Source: an uncultured Candidatus Poseidoniales archaeon | GTDB taxonomy: Archaea > Thermoplasmatota > Poseidoniia > Poseidoniales > Thalassarchaeaceae | Direction: 5' to 3' | Assembly (NCBI GenBank): GCA_964013425.1 | Contig: CAXGWC010000002.1 | Location: 22,818-86,817, forward strand | DNA: 64,000 bases | Shown here: piece by piece, positions 35,790 through 46,260 of the stretch | Layout of the letters: every line of letters starts with the position of its first letter | Numbering within the stretch: the first letter of the stretch is position 1 | Made by a program: the position numbers and the translations under genes | The notes under the pieces: generated by a model | What the model was told of the DNA's origin: nothing | What the model saw: the letters and a program-made list of their open reading frames with translations, nothing else | Databases searched by the model: none

Positions 35790-36539
35790 CTACTCTGGTA
35801 TGGTACCATCTGCCATTCTGATACATCTAGCCGGAATTCCGCCCCATACTTCTCCTGCAGGAATGTTGGTCCACTTGGGAACTACGGCTCTGGATGCCAC
35901 GATTGCCCCCTCACCGATGACACAACCCGGCTGAATAACTGAACCCATCCCAATCAGAGCGTTCTTGCCAATATTAACCGGAGCCATCACCAACTCACCT
36001 TTCTCAGTCAAATGGGCATTGATGATTGCCTTTCCTCCTATTACCACACCATCTCCTAGAGTTACAGATCCAGCATCATTGATGTATGCTGAATTGATCT
36101 GCACCCCCTTTCCTAATTTCGCACCTGAAAGTCGATAGAAAGTGTTGCCAATGAATGACGGAACTAGAAAGGGCAAGAAGAAAAGAGCTATTTTGTGAAA
36201 AACCATCGACCACGCCCACTGGATTGTTACAAAAGACTTCAGTGGATATTTTCCCGGCTTTAGTCTCGGCCGAAATAGGCCTCCTAATAGTCCAGAGAGA
36301 ATCACAAGAGTCACTCCCCAAGCAGTTATTCCCATGCCAAGCGCCACTCCGGTGATTACAAAGCTCTCCAATGGAACACTATCTATCTCGTTGAATGAAT
36401 TTATACTGATTCCCAACAGATCAATAATCTTGAAAAAAATGTAGATCCCAGGAAAGGAGCAAAGACCTATGATGAGAGCTAGAAATGGAATTAATATAGC
36501 AGTCAGAAAATTCTGAATTATTGTGAACGACCTCATCAC
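35790..36539 (-). CDS. Membrane-anchored hexapeptide-repeat (LbH) acyltransferase
   Basis: N-terminal TM helices, then GAKLGKGVQI, VTLGDGVVIG, PVNIGKNALIG, VIGEGAIVA and WGGIPAR. Confidence 0.8.
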   Translation of the reverse strand: MMRSFTIIQNFLTAILIPFLALIIGLCSFPGIYIFFKIIDLLGISINSFNEIDSVPLESFVITGVALGMGITAWGVTLVILSGLLGGLFRPRLKPGKYPLKSFVTIQWAWSMVFHKIALFFLPFLVPSFIGNTFYRLSGAKLGKGVQINSAYINDAGSVTLGDGVVIGGKAIINAHLTEKGELVMAPVNIGKNALIGMGSVIQPGCVIGEGAIVASRAVVPKWTNIPAGEVWGGIPARCIRMADGTIPE

Positions 36540-38335
36540 ACCACTTCATTAGTTCCAGAGGCTACCTCTTCATCAACCTCTCTTGCGACGCGAATTCCTT
36601 CTTCAACATCCACAACGAAGAAGAAACACATTCCCATCAAGATGGGAACTACTACGCTCAGAAGCCCCATTCTGCTATCCATAGAGGCGGCCACTATTGC
36701 ATAAACTATCGGCCCTAGGACCGATACTGCCTTCCCTATGAAGGCGAAGAACCCAAAGAACTCAGTAGTCTTGGACGTAGGTATCAGCATACTGAAGAGA
36801 CTTCTGGATAGAGCCCCTGCGACTCCCATAACCATTCCAAACGTCATTCCCAGTATTATCCACTGTAGGTTAATTCCTATTCCCACAGGCTCCCAGACAT
36901 TATCCCTTAGCAAGTTAGGCCACCAGTCTATTGGCCCTCCTTCGATAACTGTGGGATGATCAATGCCAACTGAAGAGGCCCCATCTAATGCTCCTCCCCG
37001 GAAGGAGAAGGAGAATCTATGTTGTGTACTATTTTCCATCCTAAGGACAAGTAGTGAGGACTCTTCCAGACTAAGTAAGGGACGCTCGTCGTCGCCCGAT
37101 TTCAGGAATTGCAGGAATGCCTCCCTGAACTCTTCATCCCCCTCTCCTGACTCACTAACCCAACCGTCCACTCCCCGATTGTATAGTGTTGAAAGTTTGT
37201 ATGAATCCTCTTCCTGATCCCAATCATAACGGAAGTCATACCTCTCGTGGTCCCCCTCCAATTCAAGAGGTGCAAATCCCACTCCCAGAACCGACACAAC
37301 ACAAAATATCGCCAGAGCCCCACCTAGAATATTCTTGTTACTGTACCTACTAGCTAAGGAACCACCTATGATAGTCATTGGAATAGCAACTATATTGGCA
37401 GAAAGAAGAAGAACGAAGTTCATGCTGAAGTCTATCCTCAATACGGAATCTGCATATGCCGCGGCCAATCCTCCAATCGCATTTACTCCATCATAGAATA
37501 ACAGATACCCGCACATGAATAGAGTCAGGACCCTATATCTTCGAATCTCAGAGAATGTCTTACGAATCTCCCTGACTCCATCTATTGTCGCTTCAAAGAA
37601 TGACGTGTATTCAGTAGGATTTGGTATTTCAGGCTCGGGAGTATTTCTGAAAATAGGCACTGAAAAACCCAACCACCACAAGGCGCTAGTCAGGAAAACG
37701 AAACACTGAACATCAGGATCTTCGAATCCAAATCTTAAACCTACAATCAAATGAATTGTTAGTAGTGTAGAACCACCTAGAAAACCATAGGCATACCCCC
37801 AGCTGGAGATATGATCCATTAGACGTTTATCTCCCAGATAAGGGAGGAAGGCAGAGTAAATCGCATGACCACCAGCAAATCCTATATTGCCCATAATCAG
37901 GCAAATCGCAAGGAATTTGTACGATGACTCCTCACTCATATAGGGAGCCAATCCCATTAGAGCGGTAAATAGAATTCCAACAATAGTATAGATCTTTAAA
38001 ATCCTCTTCTTGATGGGCATCCTATCTGCTATGGCACCCAATACCGGACTGACAATAGCTACAAAGACACTGGAAATTCCAAGTACTACAGCATAGAAAC
38101 TGTCCCCAGTAAATGTCATACCGGCATATTCCGCGCTTCCTCCGTTTGCCAGGTTGAACATATTGGATAGCAGTGTCGGAACCACCACTGTGATTACCGT
38201 GAGCGCGAAGGCCTGATTAGCCCAGTCGAACCAATACCAGCTTTTCAGCGACTTCTTAGATTCCGGATCCATTTCACTGAGAAGCCTCTCAACCTCATCG
38301 GAGCTAGCAATCAGCTTGCCGAACCCCCCTGACAT
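36536..38335 (-). CDS. MFS transporter, UMF1/Atg22-like, with a soluble insertion
   Basis: SWYWFDWANQAF, SPVLGAIAD, YSAFLP, ISSWGYAYGFLGG, WWLGFSVP, SRSLFSMLIP..EFFGFFAFIGK. Confidence 0.85.
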   Translation of the reverse strand: MSGGFGKLIASSDEVERLLSEMDPESKKSLKSWYWFDWANQAFALTVITVVVPTLLSNMFNLANGGSAEYAGMTFTGDSFYAVVLGISSVFVAIVSPVLGAIADRMPIKKRILKIYTIVGILFTALMGLAPYMSEESSYKFLAICLIMGNIGFAGGHAIYSAFLPYLGDKRLMDHISSWGYAYGFLGGSTLLTIHLIVGLRFGFEDPDVQCFVFLTSALWWLGFSVPIFRNTPEPEIPNPTEYTSFFEATIDGVREIRKTFSEIRRYRVLTLFMCGYLLFYDGVNAIGGLAAAYADSVLRIDFSMNFVLLLSANIVAIPMTIIGGSLASRYSNKNILGGALAIFCVVSVLGVGFAPLELEGDHERYDFRYDWDQEEDSYKLSTLYNRGVDGWVSESGEGDEEFREAFLQFLKSGDDERPLLSLEESSLLVLRMENSTQHRFSFSFRGGALDGASSVGIDHPTVIEGGPIDWWPNLLRDNVWEPVGIGINLQWIILGMTFGMVMGVAGALSRSLFSMLIPTSKTTEFFGFFAFIGKAVSVLGPIVYAIVAASMDSRMGLLSVVVPILMGMCFFFVVDVEEGIRVAREVDEEVASGTNEVV

Positions 38336-38442
38336 GAATCCCTGAGATTATATCTGGTCTTTAGTGTCGTCTACGTAATCAGGTATCTCACGACTCACCA
38401 CATAGTAGTCAATGTCAATAACACCTCCCTAGAGCGGAGCTC

Positions 38443-39576
38443 ATGGCCAGTTCGTGCGGCTTGATAGGAGATGGCAATAAGCCCGTTAAAATCCATCATC
38501 TAGTCAAAGCGCCCGAGAATACACCCGAATCAATAGCTTCCAGAGAGTCTTGGGATGCATCCAAGCCAGTTACAGTATACAAGACTCCCGAGAATCTTCC
38601 AGACGGCACTCCCTGTACTGCGGCCACTGTAATTCTACGCACGAAGGGCTGTGTATGGTGGTGGAAATCTGGATGTACCTTCTGCGGTTACTTCAATGAT
38701 GTCAGGGACGATGTAACTGCAGAGGATATGTTCTCTCAGTGGGAAGAGGCTAAGAGAGTCACGAGCGACTTCCGAGACTGCAAGATGGTCAAGGTTTACA
38801 CTTCAGGAACCTTCTTTGAGGATAGAGAAAACCCACCAGAATGGCAGGAGCACGTCCTCAGAGAGACTTATCAGATGGGGTTACACTTGGTAGTAGAGGC
38901 ACAAGCCCAAATGTGCACTCCTGAGAAGCTAGAATGGGTGGCTGAAAGACATCCAGGGTGTACTGTAGCCATCGGCTTAGAGGCATATGATAACACTGTT
39001 CTTAGATTCCACGCTAACAAGGGATTCTCCCTCAAGCAGTGGCATAAAGCAGTCGAAATCCTCAGAGACAATTCTCTAAGAGTCAAGACATATCTTTTGT
39101 TTAAACCACCTTTCATGTCCGAGGGGGACGCTCTTGAACACACAATCTCATGGGTCTCTGAAGTCTCCAAGATATCTGATGAGGTATCGATAAATCCGAT
39201 GAATATCCAGAGAGGGACAATAGTGGATAGGCTATTCAGGAACAGGGAATATCGGCCTCCTTGGCTCTGGTCATTGGTAGAGATGATCATCAGAACTCAT
39301 GACGATGTCTCGAAGACTGACTGCAGGGTGATCGTTCATCCAACAGCCGGTGGAAAGGCAAGAGGGTCCCACAATTGCGGATCATGCGATTCCGAGGTTG
39401 TTGCGGCGATTGAGAGATATTCAGTTTCTGGAAATCTAGGAGAATTTAATGAACTAGAATGCGAATGTAAGAAGGTCTGGCTTTCTGAGATACAGAATGA
39501 TTCTGCACTACCTACTCCTATGGGTTCCGGCATTCATCGCAGAGGGAACGCCCTGGATAGATTACGTGCCCCATGA
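38443..39576 (+). CDS. Archaeosine biosynthesis radical SAM protein RaSEA
   Basis: TVILRTKGCVWWWKSGCTFCGY (CX7CX2C), KVYTSG, VAIGLE, YLLFKPPF, YRPPWLWS, RGSHNCGSCD. Confidence 0.88.
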   Translation: MASSCGLIGDGNKPVKIHHLVKAPENTPESIASRESWDASKPVTVYKTPENLPDGTPCTAATVILRTKGCVWWWKSGCTFCGYFNDVRDDVTAEDMFSQWEEAKRVTSDFRDCKMVKVYTSGTFFEDRENPPEWQEHVLRETYQMGLHLVVEAQAQMCTPEKLEWVAERHPGCTVAIGLEAYDNTVLRFHANKGFSLKQWHKAVEILRDNSLRVKTYLLFKPPFMSEGDALEHTISWVSEVSKISDEVSINPMNIQRGTIVDRLFRNREYRPPWLWSLVEMIIRTHDDVSKTDCRVIVHPTAGGKARGSHNCGSCDSEVVAAIERYSVSGNLGEFNELECECKKVWLSEIQNDSALPTPMGSGIHRRGNALDRLRAP

Positions 39577-39580
39577 TACT

Positions 39581-39597
39581 GAGGGACTCTGTCCCTC
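39581..39597 (+). terminator. Short hairpin after RaSEA
   Basis: GAGGGAC-TCT-GTCCCTC, 4 nt after the stop codon; no T tract. Confidence 0.35.
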
Positions 39598-39660
39598 GCC
39601 CAACGCTTAAGGGGCCATCTCCGTTGGTTCGGTCCGCTTCTGTCGCGTCTCGCGGGGTGT

Positions 39661-39945
39661 GTGTCTATGTCTATCGAAGTACCAAGTTCAGTTGATGAGT
39701 TCATCCAAGGAGAGAAAGAGCCGGCTTCGTCGGGTGTAGTAGTGGTTCTAGGATTCGTTTCAATGCTCTCTTTCCTCATCCTCTACGGGATTCTGTTCCC
39801 AGGGAGGGACATGCCAGTAATTTCTGAAGTCTTACCCATGTTTGAGGGGGTCTTCGACTCAGGGATATGGTTCTTCCTTCTTGGAGTCATCTTCGGTGCA
39901 TTCTCAATTATAGCAACTATGCTTACGGAGGCCACTAGTGAGTGA
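39661..39945 (+). CDS. Small two-TM membrane protein
   Basis: Two hydrophobic segments; overlaps the start of the next gene by 8 bp. Confidence 0.7.
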   Translation: MSMSIEVPSSVDEFIQGEKEPASSGVVVVLGFVSMLSFLILYGILFPGRDMPVISEVLPMFEGVFDSGIWFFLLGVIFGAFSIIATMLTEATSE

Positions 39946-41623
39946 GGTGATTGTCATGGATGTCGTAATATCAACCCTAGCAACTTTCTGGTTGTTGCTT
40001 GCACTATCCTTCGTTCTGATAAAGAGGGGCCTCTGGATATTCAATGATGTTGCCAAGGGCCTAAGCATGTTCATGCTGGAAAAGGCACTGGGTCCTGCCA
40101 TTGATTTTGTAAGCGGACGACCCGGTTCGTCTTCTTCTACATGGATTATCCATGGTTTAGTCTGGGCCTTCGTGGCTTCGACTCTAACATTCATGGGCCT
40201 GTGGCTAAATCATGATGCTACTGCCCTGCATAGCTTCGAATCTTGGGGCTATCACCCTGACTCCTCAGAGCTAATATATGCAGGAAGGCTAACTGCTCTT
40301 TTCGGTGCTATTGGAATGTTGGTAGTTGGGGCCTCCCTCTACTCACTTCCTAGACTATGCGGAACCCATCTTGCCAGTGAGTCAAACGCTACCTTGGTTT
40401 CTCTGCTCTGGACGCTATCTGTATTGCTAATGTTCCTGGGATCGCAGAACGCAGTAATTGCTGGCATCACCATACTTCCAATTGCAAACCTACTCTTGAC
40501 TCTAGCTTCGACTGCCTTGGTCATCAATATGATACTCACAGTTTCCGAGGCTACCCAGGAGATTCCATTCCCGGGCTGGCTCATCGTATACGCATTCATA
40601 GGAAATATAGCAGCCATCCTAGCTATCTTCATAAGCGGTGCATTCAATGAAGGAGTTGGCCAATGGTTACTCTTCCATCTCGCCGGTGGGACATTCTTCT
40701 TCTGTGGGGTAGCTGGAGTATCCCTCTACTCTGTTTCTGTCGGCTCCGGAAATCCACTATGGTCAAAGTCGCTGGTGGCATTCACTCTCTTTGGGGCTGT
40801 CATAACAATCAATCCAATGGGATCAACCGATCCCTCGATGGTTGTCGATTTATTCTCCCTCACAAGCAACGAACTCGAAGCATCATCCAGAGACGTCATT
40901 TCAGGCTCGTTCCTGATGGCTCTCTCCGCAATTCCAATTATTGCATTCAGTGCTAACATGCTGGTGACAATGAGGGGCTCAGATGCCTTCGTTGAGAATC
41001 CAGACTCTCCAGGAATTGCCGAGCTAAACCTAGGAGCTTGGATGCTAATTCCTATTGCTATAGGGTCACTGTTTGTCCAAACCGACGCTCTAGGGGGTGT
41101 CAACGAGCTGAGCGGAATATCACAGTCTCTTGATTTGATGGCAATATGGCTGGTGATGATGCCTTTGTCACTAGGAGCCGCTCTGAACGTTTTACCAAGA
41201 GCTAGTGGAAGGCACCAACTTTCGGCCAACCGCTCTCGATGGGCCTTCTGGATGATGTCAGGAGGTGCTTTCCTGGGACTACTCATTACACTGATGTCCG
41301 ACTTCACAGACATGGCACTCACCGAGTCGATGGCCGAGCAAGGCTCCTCGATTAATCAAGAACTTAGAAAGGTCGGATCAGTGATGTTCTATGGTACGGT
41401 TATCGGTGCAATATTCCACTGTACTAACACAATAAGTGGCCAGTACAGGGGACGAATTATGGGGGATATTTCCAAAGCATCATTATCATCTATAGCAATC
41501 GAGTCGTACAGCCTAACGGGGCCTACCACTATCAGGAAGATACTTGCTAGTGGCGCTACTCTTGATACAGAAGTCTCGCCCTCAGAGCAGAGCGAAGAGA
41601 AGGGCTCTGCAACCGAACTTTGA
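39938..41623 (+). CDS. CcoN/heme-copper oxidase subunit I-like membrane protein lacking most metal ligands
   Basis: GRLTALFG...LYSLPRLCG, QWLLFHLAGGTFF...LY...NPLWSKSL and LNVLPRASGR...AFW follow the three-fold CcoN repeat pattern, but the HH and HxH motifs are absent. Confidence 0.6.
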   Translation: MSEVIVMDVVISTLATFWLLLALSFVLIKRGLWIFNDVAKGLSMFMLEKALGPAIDFVSGRPGSSSSTWIIHGLVWAFVASTLTFMGLWLNHDATALHSFESWGYHPDSSELIYAGRLTALFGAIGMLVVGASLYSLPRLCGTHLASESNATLVSLLWTLSVLLMFLGSQNAVIAGITILPIANLLLTLASTALVINMILTVSEATQEIPFPGWLIVYAFIGNIAAILAIFISGAFNEGVGQWLLFHLAGGTFFFCGVAGVSLYSVSVGSGNPLWSKSLVAFTLFGAVITINPMGSTDPSMVVDLFSLTSNELEASSRDVISGSFLMALSAIPIIAFSANMLVTMRGSDAFVENPDSPGIAELNLGAWMLIPIAIGSLFVQTDALGGVNELSGISQSLDLMAIWLVMMPLSLGAALNVLPRASGRHQLSANRSRWAFWMMSGGAFLGLLITLMSDFTDMALTESMAEQGSSINQELRKVGSVMFYGTVIGAIFHCTNTISGQYRGRIMGDISKASLSSIAIESYSLTGPTTIRKILASGATLDTEVSPSEQSEEKGSATEL

Positions 41624-41646
41624 GGACGTAAGGCCCCTTCCGTAGA

Positions 41647-42942
41647 ATGATATCCATGCGAATAGGACTAGTGGGGAAGCCCAATGTGGGCAAATCTACT
41701 TCATTCTCAGCACTTACAGAGACCCCTGTAGAGATCGCAAACTACCCCTTTACCACTATAGATCCTAACGTCGGTGTCGCATGGATTCCACTAAGGGACC
41801 CATGTGCCTGCCTCGAGCTCAGGCAAAAGAGAGAACGAGAAGGAAGGCTGGAGAGTGTGGCCGATCAAGATCCACGCAAAGGAAGCATATGTACTCCCAA
41901 CTCCGGTGGATGTACAGGATATACTAGGCTGGTCCCAGTTACGATGATTGATGTCGCGGGGTTAGTCCCTGGTGCACATAAGGGGAGAGGAAGAGGGAAT
42001 CAGTTTCTCTCAGACTTAGCAAGATGCGATGCGCTAATCCAAGTCATAGATGCCTCTGGTTCGACCGATATCGAAGGAAACCCCGTTGGCTCAGGAGGAT
42101 CAAACCCTATTCAGGAATATGAATTCCTAACCGCAGAGCTAGACGCATGGATCAGTGGAATACTGAGTAATGGATGGGAAAGGGGGGCTAGGAGAGTTCA
42201 AGCAGAGGGAGAAAGAGCGCTGAATGACTTCATTCTAGACAGGCTCACTGGAATCGGTGCCAATGAGAGGCATGTCAGTGTGGGTATCTCATCTGTAAAT
42301 GAAGCGAATCCAGACGCCGGAATGCCCTGGACATGGACAGAAAACGAAATTACAATCCTGGCTTCAGCCATCAGGACTCAACTATTTCCTATATTCGTCG
42401 CCGCAAACAAGGCTGACAAGGCATCAACAGAATCTTGGACTGAATTAAAGAAAATTGTCTCGGAGTCCGGTGGAATTGTAGTTCCCACAAGCGCGGAGGC
42501 CGAACTAGCACTGAGAAGGGCTTCCAGTGCAGGTCTAATTGAAAACATACCAGGCGAGTTCGAATTTCAAATCACTGATTCAGGAGAAAAAAACCTCTCA
42601 GAAAAGCAGAGGAGCGCACTCGAGTCGATTTCGTCATCTCTTAGGGATTGGGAAGGAGGGGGCCTCCTAGGATTACTAGGAGAGGTTATTTTTGGTAATC
42701 TTGGAAGAAGAGTTGCATATCCAGTTCAGGATGAAACACATTGGACTGATGGAGACGGAAAAATTCTTCCAGACGCTCTTCTAGTCCCTTCAGGAACTAC
42801 TGCTAGGGAATTGGCATTCCTAGTCCATACTGATTTGGGACAGGGATTCATCAAGGCAGTTGATGCTCGCTCGGGGAGAGTAATCGGTGCTGAGTATGAA
42901 GTGATGGATAATGATGTGATTAGGATACATTCCAAATCGTAG
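41647..42942 (+). CDS. ychF: Archaeal YchF/Obg-family P-loop NTPase
   Basis: GKPNVGKST, IANYPFTTIDPN, DVAGLVPGAHKGRGRGNQFL, NKAD, TGS domain (HTDLGQGFIKAVD). Confidence 0.93.
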   Translation: MISMRIGLVGKPNVGKSTSFSALTETPVEIANYPFTTIDPNVGVAWIPLRDPCACLELRQKREREGRLESVADQDPRKGSICTPNSGGCTGYTRLVPVTMIDVAGLVPGAHKGRGRGNQFLSDLARCDALIQVIDASGSTDIEGNPVGSGGSNPIQEYEFLTAELDAWISGILSNGWERGARRVQAEGERALNDFILDRLTGIGANERHVSVGISSVNEANPDAGMPWTWTENEITILASAIRTQLFPIFVAANKADKASTESWTELKKIVSESGGIVVPTSAEAELALRRASSAGLIENIPGEFEFQITDSGEKNLSEKQRSALESISSSLRDWEGGGLLGLLGEVIFGNLGRRVAYPVQDETHWTDGDGKILPDALLVPSGTTARELAFLVHTDLGQGFIKAVDARSGRVIGAEYEVMDNDVIRIHSKS

Positions 42943-42943
42943 A

Positions 42944-43645
42944 CTACTCAGTCGGCTCAACCACCGACTCTTCAATCACCAATTCATAGGTAACCATTCT
43001 CCAAATAATATCAAAATCCTCATCAGAATCCACAAAACCTCCGACCACCGGGGCGGAGTTAATCTCAGCTGATATAGTAGCCGACCAGACACCAATTCCT
43101 AATCCATTATCATTCCAAGTCTCATATATCGTTTTCTGGGATGATTCAATACTGAAACTCTCCCCAGTGTAGTTGGTCGTCACATCCCATCTCAATGTGA
43201 AGCCACCATTTCCCCCCATACAGGTTCCTTCCGCATCCTGATCTTGAATATGTCCTGAGGAGTAACCCTCGACATCGATGAGGTCGCTAACTCCCTCCAC
43301 ACTATCCGAAAATCCAGGACCCGGGTCATCATTGTCGTTACACTGGATAACCAACTCGATGAAACCTATTTCCATATCGCCTAAATCCCCCATTCCAACT
43401 ATGAACTCGGTCATATGAGTGTCCCCATCTTCCAAAACTGTAGATTCTTCGAAAATAGACTCACTCTCACTGAAGCTAACCAACCATTCGCCCTGTCCAG
43501 AGCTCCCACCAGTTACTAAATTCTCATCCGCCAGGGGCATCCACGCGAAGTACATTGGAAATAGAAACATGAATGCGACTGTACCAGTCGCCATCCCAAT
43601 TCTTCTCGGGCTGTCGAGCATGTCAAATACCATCTGACTCAACAC
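42944..43645 (-). CDS. Hypothetical acidic membrane-anchored surface protein
   Basis: N-terminal TM segment followed by an acidic beta-rich domain with a Cys pair. Confidence 0.65.
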   Translation of the reverse strand: MLSQMVFDMLDSPRRIGMATGTVAFMFLFPMYFAWMPLADENLVTGGSSGQGEWLVSFSESESIFEESTVLEDGDTHMTEFIVGMGDLGDMEIGFIELVIQCNDNDDPGPGFSDSVEGVSDLIDVEGYSSGHIQDQDAEGTCMGGNGGFTLRWDVTTNYTGESFSIESSQKTIYETWNDNGLGIGVWSATISAEINSAPVVGGFVDSDEDFDIIWRMVTYELVIEESVVEPTE

Positions 43646-43726
43646 TGGAAAATTGGCATCTCTTTCAAATCCTCTCTCTAGTCTCCTTTACAAACAGCCA
43701 TTTTCACTTTCAATCGTATATTCGGT

Positions 43727-44170
43727 TTAGAGTAATCCTTCAGAGGAGAAAACCCTCCTCGATTTCCTGAATTCGGGTATGAAGTATCCAATCATAGATC
43801 TCTCCCAGAAACTCCATTTCCACGGACATCTCGGTAATGAATCAGTCCAGTCACGAAGGAAGGAAAGCCACTCCTCTCCGTCTATTGATTCAGGAATCTC
43901 AAAAGAAACAATTGTGACTATTCCGGCTGAGCCGGGAGTGTAGCTCCATGCTCTCAGAGAGAGGCCTTCCGCAATTCCTTCACCAACTTCCATTCCTAGA
44001 ACTCTTGCGGAATTGGTTATTGGCATTATTATGGCCCATCGGTGAACCACTTTCGACTCTTCGAGTCTCGAACCAGGCCATCCCCGATTGTCACATGTGA
44101 TTCTGAAGTACCTAACTGCATCAGTAGCGGTGATGGAAACTGGAATCTCCAGTACTCGGGTAGAATGCAT
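43727..44170 (-). CDS. Hypothetical protein
   Basis: 147-aa ORF filling the gap downstream of rpl12; no recognised motif. Confidence 0.55.
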   Translation of the reverse strand: MHSTRVLEIPVSITATDAVRYFRITCDNRGWPGSRLEESKVVHRWAIIMPITNSARVLGMEVGEGIAEGLSLRAWSYTPGSAGIVTIVSFEIPESIDGEEWLSFLRDWTDSLPRCPWKWSFWERSMIGYFIPEFRKSRRVFSSEGLL

Positions 44171-44232
44171 ATGTAGTCGCTGACAGGCTATCGCCCATAG
44201 CGCCTTCGCGATTTAGTTCAATTCAATACTGC

Positions 44233-44541
44233 TTATCCGAACAACGAGCCGAGACCTTCGAAGCCACCATCCTCTTCCTCAGGCTCCTCTTCAACTGCGG
44301 CCTCAGCAGGAGCTTCAGTAGCTCCTCCAGCGGCAGCAGGTGCGGCGCCCGAAGCAACGGGTGCGGCTATGGCAGTAGCCATGGCTTCTCCGATATCCAC
44401 GGATCCCAACGAAGCGACCAGTGCCTTAACACGGGCGCTGTCAGCATCCACTCCGGCGGCGGTTAGCACAGCGCTAACGCCATTCTCGTCAATCTCTTTC
44501 TCGGCCGAGTGCAGTAGCATTGCAGCGTATACATATTCCAT
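44233..44541 (-). CDS. rpl12: 50S ribosomal protein P1 (aL12)
   Basis: [11 protein letters not shown]...[10 protein letters not shown], Ala-rich hinge, GLGSLFG. SD AAGGTGA; true start is ATG at 44541. Confidence 0.96.
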   Translation of the reverse strand: MEYVYAAMLLHSAEKEIDENGVSAVLTAAGVDADSARVKALVASLGSVDIGEAMATAIAAPVASGAAPAAAGGATEAPAEAAVEEEPEEEDGGFEGLGSLFG

Positions 44542-44557
44542 TTTTTCACCTTCTTTT

Positions 44558-45577
44558 TCATCCGAAGAGGTCGCCAAGTCCACCGAACCCAGCTTCCTCC
44601 TCTTCCTCCTCTTCCTCGGAAACAGCTTCACTTGCTGTATCCTCTGCCGCTTCTGAGGCCGCGGCACCAACACTCGACGAGACCGTCGCCGCACCGAGTG
44701 CTGCGACAAGCTCTTCGTCAAGAGCTGAGGAATCTAATCGGCTAGCTAAAGCCATAGCGTGCGCGTTGGCGCGGGAAATTATGACGGAAGCCGTCTCATC
44801 ATTGACGACTCCAGCCTCCAAGGCAACGGAAAGAGCCTCGCTACTCGCCTTGGATAATAGTGCAGGCATTGTAGCAATGGAGAACCACTGAACATTGAAT
44901 GCCAGGTTGAATGCACCTGAGGTGGCCTGGATTATGTCATTTCTGAGCCCATCAGTATCAAGATCTAGCTCGGATGAGGAAAGAACCTGACCGTCGTCTA
45001 TAACTCCCATCAGTATGAGGCCAATTTCTATCGGGTTGATTCCTAGTTTGGAAAGCATCAAACCGAGCTCCCCCTCTATTGGATCTCCCTTGTTCACAAC
45101 AGTGACAGTTTTCTGAATGGCAACAGCCCCCTTGTCTATCTTTGCTGGGATTCCAACGGCATTGAACTCACCGACTATAGGGCCAGGACCAAACTCAGTT
45201 GGCCCCGCTTCGACGATTATATCCTCTGGAGCAATCTCTCCTTCCTTGGCTGCTCTACCCTGCCTTGTCTTTTCGAGCTCATCGAATAATTCGTAGCAGT
45301 TGAGCGAGTCAGTATGTACAACACATGGCTGTATCGCTCCTTCGAGCAACGTCTCAAGATTCTCCTCAGATAGTCCGGCCTCTTTCCAAGCCAACCTAAT
45401 CAGGCTCTTCTTGGCCATGGTCATCGTCAGCATACCTCGTAGAGAGCTTCTCATATCTAGCATATTCTTCGCGGGTACTCCTGAGATATCTACCACACCG
45501 ACGATCCCTTCTCTCCCAACTATGTCTTTCAGCTCATCAACACGGTCGGGCTTCCAACCAGCTACTTTGGGAATCAA
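44558..45577 (-). CDS. rplP0: 50S ribosomal protein uL10 (P0)
   Basis: [37 protein letters not shown]-terminal [15 protein letters not shown]. Probable TTG start overlaps the rpl1 stop after GAGGTGA. Confidence 0.95.
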   Translation of the reverse strand: MIPKVAGWKPDRVDELKDIVGREGIVGVVDISGVPAKNMLDMRSSLRGMLTMTMAKKSLIRLAWKEAGLSEENLETLLEGAIQPCVVHTDSLNCYELFDELEKTRQGRAAKEGEIAPEDIIVEAGPTEFGPGPIVGEFNAVGIPAKIDKGAVAIQKTVTVVNKGDPIEGELGLMLSKLGINPIEIGLILMGVIDDGQVLSSSELDLDTDGLRNDIIQATSGAFNLAFNVQWFSIATMPALLSKASSEALSVALEAGVVNDETASVIISRANAHAMALASRLDSSALDEELVAALGAATVSSSVGAAASEAAEDTASEAVSEEEEEEEEAGFGGLGDLFG

Positions 45578-46218
45578 CCAATCACCTCGACCTTGCATGA
45601 TGGGCCCATGGATGTCTTGACGTAGCAAGATCTGATGTTTCCTGTGCCCCTCTCAAGCCTGCTCATGACCCTATTCCAAATCGCCATTGCGTTAAGAGTC
45701 AAGTCATTAAGGCCCTGCTCTCTGGAACCGAGTGCTGCATGGAATGTGATTTTATCTCTAGATCTAACAACTGCAGTATCCTTCAGTCCATTAGCAATCA
45801 TAGCGGGATCGACATTTGGTGGTACAGGCCTCGGCATCTTCCCTCTCGGTCCTAGAACAACCCCAAGGAACCTACCTACTGTACCCATGTGAGGTATCTC
45901 TGACAAGAAAAAGTCGTACTTATTTGCCATTTTCCTAGCCTGCTGACGGTTTCCCCCTATGTCCTCGATAGTCATAGGATCTATGACATCCAACCCCGCG
46001 GCCCTCGCCTTTGCAGACATCTCTCCACCAGCGAACATTGCAATCCTGACAGGTTTACCTCTGCCGGATGGGAGTCTTACCTCTTCTTGAATTCTGTTTG
46101 CTGGATTCTTCAAATCAACATCCTTGAGTGTGAATGAGATTTCTACTGACTCTACGAACTTTCGCTCGGGAGATTCCTCTAAGGCTTGTTGAATAGCGGT
46201 CTGTATATTTTCCTTCAT
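45574..46218 (-). CDS. rpl1: 50S ribosomal protein uL1
   Basis: RKFVESVEI, LPSGRG, VLGPRGKMPRP, YVKTSMGP. Confidence 0.96.
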   Translation of the reverse strand: MKENIQTAIQQALEESPERKFVESVEISFTLKDVDLKNPANRIQEEVRLPSGRGKPVRIAMFAGGEMSAKARAAGLDVIDPMTIEDIGGNRQQARKMANKYDFFLSEIPHMGTVGRFLGVVLGPRGKMPRPVPPNVDPAMIANGLKDTAVVRSRDKITFHAALGSREQGLNDLTLNAMAIWNRVMSRLERGTGNIRSCYVKTSMGPSCKVEVIG

Positions 46219-46232
46219 TCTAAGCCACCTCC

Positions 46233-46260
46233 GCGGTCAACGAGGAAAAACCTCTCCCGC
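46233..46260 (-). promoter_or_regulatory. Putative uL1-binding autoregulatory mRNA element (kink-turn-like)
   Basis: GCGG-GA-GAGG-UUUUU-CCUC-GUU-GA-CCGC directly 5' of the rpl1 SD (GGAGGUG). Confidence 0.7.

Noticed and set aside
41790..41930. Cys cluster in YchF
   Set aside because: A Cys-containing insert is typical of archaeal YchF; here it is only modestly longer.
44542..44721. N-terminal extension of rpl12 in the ORF track
   Set aside because: It is an alternative frame of the P0 acidic tail; the true start is the ATG at 44541 with its own SD.
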